Assembly: GCA_043813875.1 (NCBI GenBank)
Contig: JBDRKP010000071.1
Location: 1-10,350 of the forward strand
Direction: 5' to 3'
Source of the DNA: an archaeon
GTDB taxonomy: Archaea; EX4484-52; B79-G9
DNA length: 10,350 nucleotides
Made by a program: the position numbers and the translations under genes. This document shows positions 1 to 6,713 of this stretch, one piece after another. Within the stretch, counting starts at the first letter, position 1. Every line of letters starts with the position of its first letter. The notes beneath the pieces were generated by a model. It did not search any database and was not told where the DNA came from. It was given only the letters and a program-made list of their open reading frames with translations.

Positions 1-87
1 AATAAGGGTGAGGTCATTGATGCAATTCAAGATGCATTTAATGGAGTACCATTCATCCCGCCGGTTATTCCACCAAATAATACCTGA
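1..87 (+). CDS. 3' end of a gene truncated by the window edge; probable cell-surface protein ending in a dockerin/EF-hand-like helix
   Basis: Frame 1 is open from base 1 to TGA at 85-87 and reads NKGEVIDAIQDAFNGVPFIPPVIPPNNT*. The 'KxEVIxAIxDxF' segment resembles the helix that follows the Ca-binding loop in archaeal dockerin-like repeats. Only 28 aa are visible. Confidence 0.45.
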   Translation, partial: NKGEVIDAIQDAFNGVPFIPPVIPPNNT

Positions 88-90
88 AAG

Positions 91-269
91 GTATTAGGAA
101 GAGGCATAATGCTAGTGAAAAATCTGGGCTGAGTAGTTACTCTTAATCAACATAAACTACAGGAGATGATTCCAGAAATAGCGAAATATGTGGCTGGAAT
201 TGAGTTTAGCTTGGGTGTTAAGAACGTACAGCTTTGTGCGAACTAGCCCATCAGAATTGCCTGAAATAC
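91..269 (+). ncRNA. Putative structured non-coding element, family unknown
   Basis: Nested complementary segments: TGGGCT 125-130/AGCCCA 245-250; AGTT 135-138/AACT 241-244; TCTTAA 141-146/TTAAGA 218-223; TAAACT 153-158/AGTTTA 203-208; ATTCCAG 169-175/CTGGAAT 194-200. Side hairpin CGTACA-GCTT-TGTGCG at 225-240. Outer pairs AGGCA 102-106/TGCCT 258-262 and GTATT 91-95/AATAC 265-269. Strand is uncertain. Confidence 0.25.
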
Positions 270-357
270 GTTATCTTCGCAGCAAGCTGCTGGCTATCAA
301 CCCAAATAGAGAATGAGTGAAAAGCGAACTTTTTGGTGATTGTTTTGGCAATCAAAT

Positions 358-390
358 AGAAAATTATATGAAGTAGGGATGATATATAAA
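358..390 (+). promoter_or_regulatory. Candidate archaeal BRE/TATA promoter(s) for the small membrane protein gene
   Basis: AGAAAA-TTATATG at 358-370 lies ~26-32 nt before ATG 396. ATATATAAA at 382-390 lies ~18-26 nt before the alternative ATG 408. Confidence 0.4.
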
Positions 391-395
391 CATGT

Positions 396-662
396 ATGAA
401 AACACGTATGAGGAAGAGGACATCATTATCTGGAGTTTTGATTACGGCTGTTTTTTTAGTAAATGACGTATCTGCGGATTCTGTTTTACGTGACGAGTTC
501 AAGAATGTGCCAATGACCAATACAACGATATTTCTTTTCTTTGTGATTGCCGTTATCGTGGTAGTGCTTGTGCTGAAGTATGCTAATAAGCCAACGGATG
601 TCGAGAAGGTTAGCAAAAAGATCAAAGAGGAAGAAGAGGAAAGAGAGTTCATGGAGTCATGA
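396..662 (+). CDS. Small hypothetical membrane protein (88 aa)
   Basis: Basic N-terminus with a hydrophobic signal-like segment (LSGVLITAVFLV...VSA), one clear TM helix (TIFLFFVIAVIVVVLVL) and a charged C-terminal tail (KKIKEEEEEREFMES). Codon usage resembles neighbouring genes. Start could be 396 or 408. Confidence 0.7.
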   Translation: MKTRMRKRTSLSGVLITAVFLVNDVSADSVLRDEFKNVPMTNTTIFLFFVIAVIVVVLVLKYANKPTDVEKVSKKIKEEEEEREFMES

Positions 663-680
663 ATGAGGGATGTAAGAGAG

Positions 681-753
681 CGCCCCCGGCGCGATTCGAA
701 CGCGCGACCCCTTGCTTAGGAGGCAAGTGCTCTATCCACTGAGCTACGGAGGC
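681..753 (-). tRNA. tRNA-Arg, anticodon CCT, intronless, CCA not encoded
   Basis: Reverse complement reads GCCTCCG TA GCTC AGTGGATA GAGC A CTTGC CT-CCT-AA GCAAG GGGTC GCGCG TTCGAAT CGCGC CGGGGGC G. This is a complete 73-nt cloverleaf with A20 in the D-loop (an Arg identity element) and discriminator G, followed by CTC rather than CCA. Confidence 0.97.
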
Positions 754-817
754 ATATTGAATCTTTCTTTCAGCAATTTTAAATTGTTTAACTGCTGACT
801 GAGATTTAATTTATAGC

Positions 818-829
818 AAGTTATAAATA
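818..829. promoter_or_regulatory. TATA box usable in either orientation
   Basis: AAG-TTATAAATA on + predicts a start near 850-853. The same bases read TATTTATAA on - and could serve the tRNA. A second minus-strand TTTAAAA at 777-783 sits 24-30 nt upstream of the tRNA. Confidence 0.45.
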
Positions 830-850
830 CTTTGGCTATAATACTTGATA

Positions 851-939
851 TTATGATGTCAGCGCCAAGGATAAGCATGTATGAATTCTCTATCTCAGTC
901 TTGGCTGCCGCCGCCCAGATTTAGGGCGCCCGATACACA
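851..939 (+). ncRNA. Candidate small RNA, or a 23-aa sORF at 853-924
   Basis: GC-rich island in an AT-rich intergenic region, at archaeal promoter distance from TATA 821-829. Stems: GCCAAGG 864-870/TCTTGGC 899-905 and CGCCC-AGATTTA-GGGCG 912-928. Ends in GATACACAA. Confidence 0.3.
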
Positions 940-940
940 A

Positions 941-949
941 TATTTAATA
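941..949 (+). promoter_or_regulatory. TATA box, probably giving a leaderless aminotransferase transcript
   Basis: TATTTAATA lies 21-29 nt upstream of ATG 970, and no Shine-Dalgarno motif precedes the ATG. Confidence 0.5.
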
Positions 950-969
950 CTATATTCTGGTGTTCTATC

Positions 970-2043
970 ATGACGATTATTAATAGCCCTATCGCTCCCC
1001 GACTGTTTATCGGCAAAAGCGGAGCTGATATAATATCATTCGGTTCCGGGCAGCCGGATCTTTTGCCGCCTTTTGATATCAAGAGGGTCTTTCTGGATTA
1101 TGACAGATTCAAATATGGAGCTGTCGGCGGTGAAGATGAACTGAAAAATGAATTGTGCAAATCAATAAAAAATGAGTTCGGGCATGTTATTTCTAATGAC
1201 AATATTGTTGTCACTAACGGGGCTTCTGAGGCGCTTGATCTTGCGCTCAGGCATGTATTCACCCTGACGTACCGAAAGAAGATATTGCTGACCAAGCCAT
1301 ATTATTATTCTTATCCTGAGCTTGTCAAGATAAACCGCATGGAGCCGATTTATACGGATGATGATATAGATCTTGAGGACATCAAGGAAAAGTCTAAAAT
1401 CTGTTCTGCGTTAATCATCAACAGCCCTGCAAACCCGACCGGAAAGACTATCAGGAAAAGCGTACTTCGCGGAATCCAGGAAATCACAGAGGACAATGAT
1501 TGCACCCTTATATCTGATGAAGTATATCACTCACTGACTTACGGGGCGAAGCATCATTCTGTCAAGGGCGATAATGTGTTAACGATTAACAGCTTTTCGA
1601 AAACATATAGCCTGTGCGGATACAGGATAGGATATATGTTCTGTCATGATGCTGATCTGATGTGCAAAATATCTGATATCAAGTCCCATACATCTATGAA
1701 TACGAGCATATTGTCACAGAAGATCGCTATGGAGTGCCTTAAGGCGCCAAAGGAGCATATCATCAGGAACAGAGAGATATTTAGGAAGCGCAGAGACCAC
1801 ATATATAGGAGGATCATCGGACTGGGTCTTGAGGTAAAGAAACCGGATGGTGCGTTCTATATCATGCCTCGCGTGAAAGACTCGATGAAGATGTCGACAG
1901 AGCTATATTATAAACATAAAGTGGTCACCTATCCGGGGGATTGGTTCGGCGCACCAGGGCATGTAAGGCTGAGTTTTGCGCTTGATATCGAAAAGATCGA
2001 TGAAGGCATTAGAAGGATTGAAAGTTATCTTTCATATCAGTGA
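970..2043 (+). CDS. PLP-dependent aminotransferase class I/II (aspartate aminotransferase-like)
   Basis: Fold-type I motifs: GQPD, VTNGASEAL, INSPANPTG, ISDEVY, NSFSKTYSLCGYRIGY with the Schiff-base Lys211, GAFY and HVRLSF. Substrate cannot be assigned from these motifs. Confidence 0.93.
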   Translation: MTIINSPIAPRLFIGKSGADIISFGSGQPDLLPPFDIKRVFLDYDRFKYGAVGGEDELKNELCKSIKNEFGHVISNDNIVVTNGASEALDLALRHVFTLTYRKKILLTKPYYYSYPELVKINRMEPIYTDDDIDLEDIKEKSKICSALIINSPANPTGKTIRKSVLRGIQEITEDNDCTLISDEVYHSLTYGAKHHSVKGDNVLTINSFSKTYSLCGYRIGYMFCHDADLMCKISDIKSHTSMNTSILSQKIAMECLKAPKEHIIRNREIFRKRRDHIYRRIIGLGLEVKKPDGAFYIMPRVKDSMKMSTELYYKHKVVTYPGDWFGAPGHVRLSFALDIEKIDEGIRRIESYLSYQ

Positions 2044-2056
2044 GAATATTGGTATA

Positions 2057-2063
2057 TTATATA
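2057..2063 (+). promoter_or_regulatory. TATA box, probably giving a leaderless subtilase-tsaC transcript
   Basis: TTATATA lies 25-31 nt upstream of ATG 2088, with no SD motif. Confidence 0.5.
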
Positions 2064-2087
2064 TTGTTTTGCAGCAAATAATTTTAT

Positions 2088-5000
2088 ATGCAGAGATTCT
2101 TCTTTTCGTTTGTGCTAATGTGCCTTTTGTTGTCTGTTATCGTATGGGCTGATGATGGCGGCGCGGCGGATGTCTATTTGAAAAATGATGATACTAAAAT
2201 CTTATCTCCCGGGGATGAGAAGGTGAAGGTACTTATAAGCATGAAGGATGAAAAAGTCGAGAGAAGAAGATACGGGATATTCAGGGAGCAGATAGATTCA
2301 CGGCGCGATATTGCTGATAAGATCAAGATGAGAGGCGGTGAAGTGGATCATAAGTACAATAATTTCAATCTCGTCACGGCCCGCCTGTCGGCATCTGATA
2401 TCGAGGAGCTTAAGAAGGATCCGAATGTTGTGGCTGTCGAAGAAGTGAGGAAGCTGAAAATATTCCTGACGGAGAGTGTTCCTCTTGTGAATGCGGATGA
2501 TGTGTGGCTTGAGAGGATATATGATTCGAATATTACCGGTGAAGGGGTTTCGGTATGTGTTCTTGATACGGGTATTAATGACAGCCACCCGGCTCTGAAC
2601 CTGAGTGGCAAGATCATCGGACAGTACTGCTACTGCAATACCAGTGATTACGGAGACGGTGGATGCTGTCCTAACAATGCCAGTGAAGATTCTGATGCGG
2701 CCGATGACAACGGGCACGGGACGCATGTGGCGGGAATAGTTGCTGCCAGCGGCGGCATCGATGGTGTCGCCAAGGGGGCGAATATCATCGCGATTAAGGT
2801 CGCAAATATCACTGGATGGGCTGATGATTCGGATATCATATGGGCTATCGACTGGTGCATTGATAATTCGAGCAAGTATAATATATCTGTCATCAGCCTG
2901 AGTATGGGCGGCGGGAGCTATGATGACTACTGCGATTCTGACAGCGGGCTTACAGGGCTTAAGAGGGCGATTGATAAAGCTGTCGCAAATAATATCTGTT
3001 TTGTCGCTGCTACCGGAAATGCAGGAAGTACTACAGGCGTTGCTGCGCCTGCGTGTCTTTTCAATGCAACGAGAGTGGGGGCTACTACGAATGCGGATGT
3101 GATTTGGGATGATGTTTTATCCGGCACAAACAGGGGAGTGAATTTTTCGGATATACTGCTTGCGCCAGGAGTCAGCATAACATCTACACTCAATGGCGGC
3201 GGATATGGGGCGATGACGGGCACTTCGATGGCGACGCCGCATGTTTCCGGGGCAATTGCCTTGCTTTCGCAGGCATATCGGCTGAAATACGGCATCTTTC
3301 CTGCTGTGAAGTATATTGAGGGGATTTTGAATGATACGGGAAAGAGGATAGATGACAGCGGCGGATCAGGCATCAATTATACAAGGATAGACGTACTTGC
3401 TGCGCTCTATGCACTTGGCATGCCGCCTGAAATTGACGGTACGTCCAATAATGTGACGGCGGACAATTCGCTTTTTCTTTCTGTCAATGAGAACACCGGA
3501 GTATTTTTCAATGTCAGTGTTGATCAAAATGTCAGTTATGCATGGTATAAAAACGGGACTGATCAAATCAATGATAAGGATAACTGGACGTGGCATGTCG
3601 ACGGGAATGAATCAGGGATATGGACAATCACGCTTTCGGTCATGAATCTCAACGGGACTGATGCTGTAACGTGGATTGTCGAGGTAAATAATACTGTAGG
3701 CGAGCCGGATGTAATCCTATTGAGCCCGCCGGACATGAACTATTCAAAAAACAGAACAATTGTCTTTGAGTACATACCGGATGACTTGGGCGATATCATC
3801 AACTGTTCACTGTATACAAACAAGAGCGGCTGGGGGGTTAAAAAATATAATGAAAGCGTGATTGCAAAGGGAGTGGTCAATAATATCACATTTGATTTTT
3901 CAGCTGATGGGAGTTATATCTGGAATGTCGAATGTTTTAATGATGCGGGTCTAAGCGCGTTCAACAATTCAAACAGGACTGTCTTTGTTGACGGGACCTT
4001 GCCTTTCCTGATGATTGTGGGTCCTCTTCCTCTGAATTATTCGTATCTGCCGGAACTTAATTTCTCGTTCAATGAATCGAACATGGACACCTGCTTTTAT
4101 TCTCTTAACGGCGGGACCAATATCACAATTGATTATTGCGCGAATGGAACTGTCCTTTATGGAGCGGTGCATGGGGAGAACAATGTGAGCCTCTGCATGA
4201 ATGACAGCGCCGGTAATGTGAATTGCAGCAGCGCGTCTTTCGGATATGACAGCCTGGGTCCAGGGATAATTGTTTTAGAGCCGATGAATGTGACTTACAG
4301 CTATACGAATGTCTTTGTCAATATAACGACTGATGAAGATGCTTTTTCATGCTTCTATGATATAGGTAGCGGAAATGCCAGCATGAACGGGAGCGAGAGG
4401 AGCTATAATGCTTCTGTTGTGGTGGGCGAGGGGTCTCAATGGCTCAGGGTCTATTGCAATGATTCCTTAGGGAATTTCGGCGCCAATGATTCGCGGTATT
4501 TTTTTGTGGATAGTGTGGCTCCGAATGTTGATCTGGTTTCGCCGATCGAGAGGAATTATAACACGATGTGGGTCTGGGTGAACGTTACAACTGACGGCAG
4601 TTCCTGGTGCGGAGCGTCTCTTAATGGCAGCGGGAACATGAGCATGACGAATGCGAGCGCAATACCGGCAGCGGAATGGTACCTGAATCTCTCGATTTAT
4701 GCAGAGGGTGAAAATAATGTGACTGTCTATTGCAATGATTCTATAGGTAATATCAATCAATCTTTTGTCAACTTTTCTGTGAATACGACGCTTCCTCTAG
4801 TCTTTCTTGATTATCCGGCAGACGGGGCAAATACGACCGATAATAATATCCGGTTCAATTATACGGCAAGCGGTGTCGATATCGTCAATTGCACGCTTTT
4901 TGGCAATTTCTCGGGCGAGTGGGGCGCAAATGTGTCAAACAGCACGCCTGTCTATTCTGGCGCTGTAAACAGCATTGATGCGCTCATCGGTGACGGCCAT

Positions 5001-6107
5001 TATCTGTGGAATGTGAGATGCGAGGATTCTTTCGGAAATGCTGCGTGGGGGGTTTTGAATCTTTCACTGACGGTTGATTCTTTAGCGCCTAATATTAGTC
5101 TTGTGTATCCTTCAAACGGCTCGAGTCTTTTGAGCGGCACGAGGTGGACGTGGGTGAATGTCACAACTGAGGAGGATGGTTTATGCAGGTATAATGTCTC
5201 GAATGAAAGTTTTGATTTTGATAATGAAGGTGTAAATTTCAATGCAAGCGACGGATTCAATCATTCCTTCAATTATTCGGGGCTAAATGATGGAGGCACG
5301 TATCAGGTGTACTATAAATGCAGAGACCTGTTTTTGAATGTGAATAACGGTTCTGTTCTTCACATCTTTGGTGTCCTGCTTGCCTGCATAGATGCGGATG
5401 GCGACGGATATGGAACTGGGGACGGGTGTCTTGGTTCGGACTGCGATGATTCCAGCCCGACGATTCATGACGGATGCAGTTCCGGCTCAGGCTCGTCGTC
5501 AGGAGGAGGTTTTAGCGCCGTCATAATCAAAAATGCTACGAATGAGAGCAATAAGGATGCTGTCGAGACGGTTCCGGACATCGCAAATAACAGGACCGAT
5601 CTCTTGAATGAAAGCGATGAGATAAATGGAGGTGAAATCAAACCGAATGCTAGCGCCGCTTTTTATTCAGACGTGAATGAGTTAAAAGAGGAGATATACA
5701 GGCTGAAGAGAGAGAATAAAATAGATGATGAAATATCGGACCATTATCTTTCCAGACTGGATGAGGCAATTGAACTTTACCAGAGCGGAGATGCGGAGAG
5801 CGCAAAAAAAACTGCTGATGAGATAAAGACATATCTTGAGCATGAGAATGAAACAATGAGCAGGAGTCTTGATGGGAACACACCAGAAGATCTTACATAT
5901 GCAATTATCATCGGTGTTCTTGTCGTTCTTGTGATCATCGGCATCTTTTTGAGACTGAATAAGGGAACGGTCAATCCGATGAAAGATTATATCATGATGT
6001 GCCGTGATAAAGGATTATCAGATCCGGATATCCGGCGCAAGCTTATCGATGCAGGGTGGAGAGAAGAGGATGTGGTGAAAGCCATAAATAAGGTGAAAAG
6101 ACGATGA
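2088..6107 (+). CDS. Membrane-anchored S8 (subtilisin-family) serine protease with I9-type propeptide and Ig-like repeats, 1339 aa
   Basis: Signal peptide (MQRFFFSFVLMCLLLSVIVWA) and a propeptide ending near LKKDPNVVAVEEVRKL. Catalytic Asp160 (VLDTG), His210 (GHGTHVAG), Ser380 (GTSMATPHVSG) and oxyanion Asn311 (AATGN). These are followed by beta-rich repeats, a DADGDGY...DCDD motif, a Ser/Gly linker, a helical stalk, a TM helix (YAIIIGVLVVLVIIGIFL) and a short cytoplasmic domain. Confidence 0.95.
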   Translation: MQRFFFSFVLMCLLLSVIVWADDGGAADVYLKNDDTKILSPGDEKVKVLISMKDEKVERRRYGIFREQIDSRRDIADKIKMRGGEVDHKYNNFNLVTARLSASDIEELKKDPNVVAVEEVRKLKIFLTESVPLVNADDVWLERIYDSNITGEGVSVCVLDTGINDSHPALNLSGKIIGQYCYCNTSDYGDGGCCPNNASEDSDAADDNGHGTHVAGIVAASGGIDGVAKGANIIAIKVANITGWADDSDIIWAIDWCIDNSSKYNISVISLSMGGGSYDDYCDSDSGLTGLKRAIDKAVANNICFVAATGNAGSTTGVAAPACLFNATRVGATTNADVIWDDVLSGTNRGVNFSDILLAPGVSITSTLNGGGYGAMTGTSMATPHVSGAIALLSQAYRLKYGIFPAVKYIEGILNDTGKRIDDSGGSGINYTRIDVLAALYALGMPPEIDGTSNNVTADNSLFLSVNENTGVFFNVSVDQNVSYAWYKNGTDQINDKDNWTWHVDGNESGIWTITLSVMNLNGTDAVTWIVEVNNTVGEPDVILLSPPDMNYSKNRTIVFEYIPDDLGDIINCSLYTNKSGWGVKKYNESVIAKGVVNNITFDFSADGSYIWNVECFNDAGLSAFNNSNRTVFVDGTLPFLMIVGPLPLNYSYLPELNFSFNESNMDTCFYSLNGGTNITIDYCANGTVLYGAVHGENNVSLCMNDSAGNVNCSSASFGYDSLGPGIIVLEPMNVTYSYTNVFVNITTDEDAFSCFYDIGSGNASMNGSERSYNASVVVGEGSQWLRVYCNDSLGNFGANDSRYFFVDSVAPNVDLVSPIERNYNTMWVWVNVTTDGSSWCGASLNGSGNMSMTNASAIPAAEWYLNLSIYAEGENNVTVYCNDSIGNINQSFVNFSVNTTLPLVFLDYPADGANTTDNNIRFNYTASGVDIVNCTLFGNFSGEWGANVSNSTPVYSGAVNSIDALIGDGHYLWNVRCEDSFGNAAWGVLNLSLTVDSLAPNISLVYPSNGSSLLSGTRWTWVNVTTEEDGLCRYNVSNESFDFDNEGVNFNASDGFNHSFNYSGLNDGGTYQVYYKCRDLFLNVNNGSVLHIFGVLLACIDADGDGYGTGDGCLGSDCDDSSPTIHDGCSSGSGSSSGGGFSAVIIKNATNESNKDAVETVPDIANNRTDLLNESDEINGGEIKPNASAAFYSDVNELKEEIYRLKRENKIDDEISDHYLSRLDEAIELYQSGDAESAKKTADEIKTYLEHENETMSRSLDGNTPEDLTYAIIIGVLVVLVIIGIFLRLNKGTVNPMKDYIMMCRDKGLSDPDIRRKLIDAGWREEDVVKAINKVKRR
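3702..5375 (+). repeat. Six degenerate ~85-100 aa Ig-like protein repeats inside the subtilase
   Basis: Units begin EPDVILLSP, TLPFLMIVGP, LGPGIIVLEP, VAPNVDLVSP, TLPLVFLDYP and LAPNISLVYP. They carry a central Cys and a C-x-D-x-x-GN-type motif, and most end in FxVD-like strands. The repeat is visible at protein level only. Confidence 0.75.
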
Positions 6108-6661
6108 GAACAATAAAAATGAGTGATGTCGGTGATGATATTGTTGATGATATCATCAAGGGGGCTATCTTCATCTATCCTACGGACACTATATACGGCA
6201 TCGGATGCAATGCGCTGAATGATGAACAAGTGAAGAAGATATTTTTGATTAAAAAAAGAGATGAATCCATGCCGCTTTCTGTCATCGCGCCGAATTTTGA
6301 GTGGATATCTGAAAACTGTATCGCGGATATAGATGTCGTGAAGAAGTATCTGCCGGGGCCTTACACGCTTATACTTCGCAAGAAGAAGAATGGGTTTTTA
6401 GGTGCGGCGAGCGCTGGACGGGATACGATTGGCGTGAGGATCATAAATCATCCAATCATGAGGTATTTTGAGATGGCGGGAGTGCCGTTTGTTACCACTT
6501 CGGTGAATGCCTCGGGGGAAGAGCCGATTTGTGATGTTTCTAAATTGCCTTCAGATATCAGAAAAAACGCATATGTGGTTATCGATGACGGCGTGATTCA
6601 AGGAAAGCCTTCCAAGGTTATTGATTTAAGCGGCGAAAAAGAGAGAATCGTCAGGAAATGA
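6104..6661 (+). CDS. tsaC: L-threonylcarbamoyladenylate synthase, single-domain TsaC/YrdC form (t6A tRNA modification)
   Basis: Motifs YPTDTIYGIGC, KKRDESMPL (KxR), LPGPYTLIL, IGVRI, TTSVNASG (SxN) and PSKVID. At 185 aa it lacks the C-terminal Sua5 domain. Its start overlaps the subtilase stop (ATGA 6104-6107). Confidence 0.93.
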   Translation: MRTIKMSDVGDDIVDDIIKGAIFIYPTDTIYGIGCNALNDEQVKKIFLIKKRDESMPLSVIAPNFEWISENCIADIDVVKKYLPGPYTLILRKKKNGFLGAASAGRDTIGVRIINHPIMRYFEMAGVPFVTTSVNASGEEPICDVSKLPSDIRKNAYVVIDDGVIQGKPSKVIDLSGEKERIVRK

Positions 6662-6690
6662 CTAACAACCCACATAACACTACAGTATAG

Positions 6691-6713
6691 TAAAAACAAT
6701 AGATATATAAATA
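6691..6713 (+). promoter_or_regulatory. Candidate BRE/TATA promoter downstream of tsaC
   Basis: A-rich TAAAAACAATAG is followed by ATATATAAATA (6703-6713), predicting a start near 6730-6735, which coincides with ATG 6732. Confidence 0.45.

Noticed and set aside
88..360. SRP RNA or RNase P RNA in the ~300-nt gap
   Set aside because: Neither strand shows an SRP helix-8 motif or an RNase P GAGGAAAGUCC-type P4 sequence.
251..652. 133-aa minus-strand ORF
   Set aside because: It is the antisense shadow of the 396-662 membrane protein. Its Ser/Thr runs mirror GAA/GTN codons on the + strand.
681..753. tRNA-Arg as the attachment site of an integrated element
   Set aside because: I found no duplicate of the tRNA 3' end and no integrase in the window. 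Sequence beyond the left edge cannot be assessed.
853..900. C/D box sRNA starting at ATGATGT
   Set aside because: The C box is imperfect and no CTGA D box follows on the same strand. The CTGA motifs are on the minus strand without a matching C box.
120..922. 10-bp inverted repeat AAATCTGGGC (120-129) / GCCCAGATTT (913-922) flanking the small gene and tRNA
   Set aside because: One 10-bp match within ~1 kb is about what chance predicts, and there is no transposase or target-site duplication.
1098..6229. Numerous 60-150 aa minus-strand or alternate-frame ORFs within the aminotransferase, subtilase and tsaC
   Set aside because: They fully overlap well-supported genes and carry no recognisable motifs, so they are treated as shadow ORFs.
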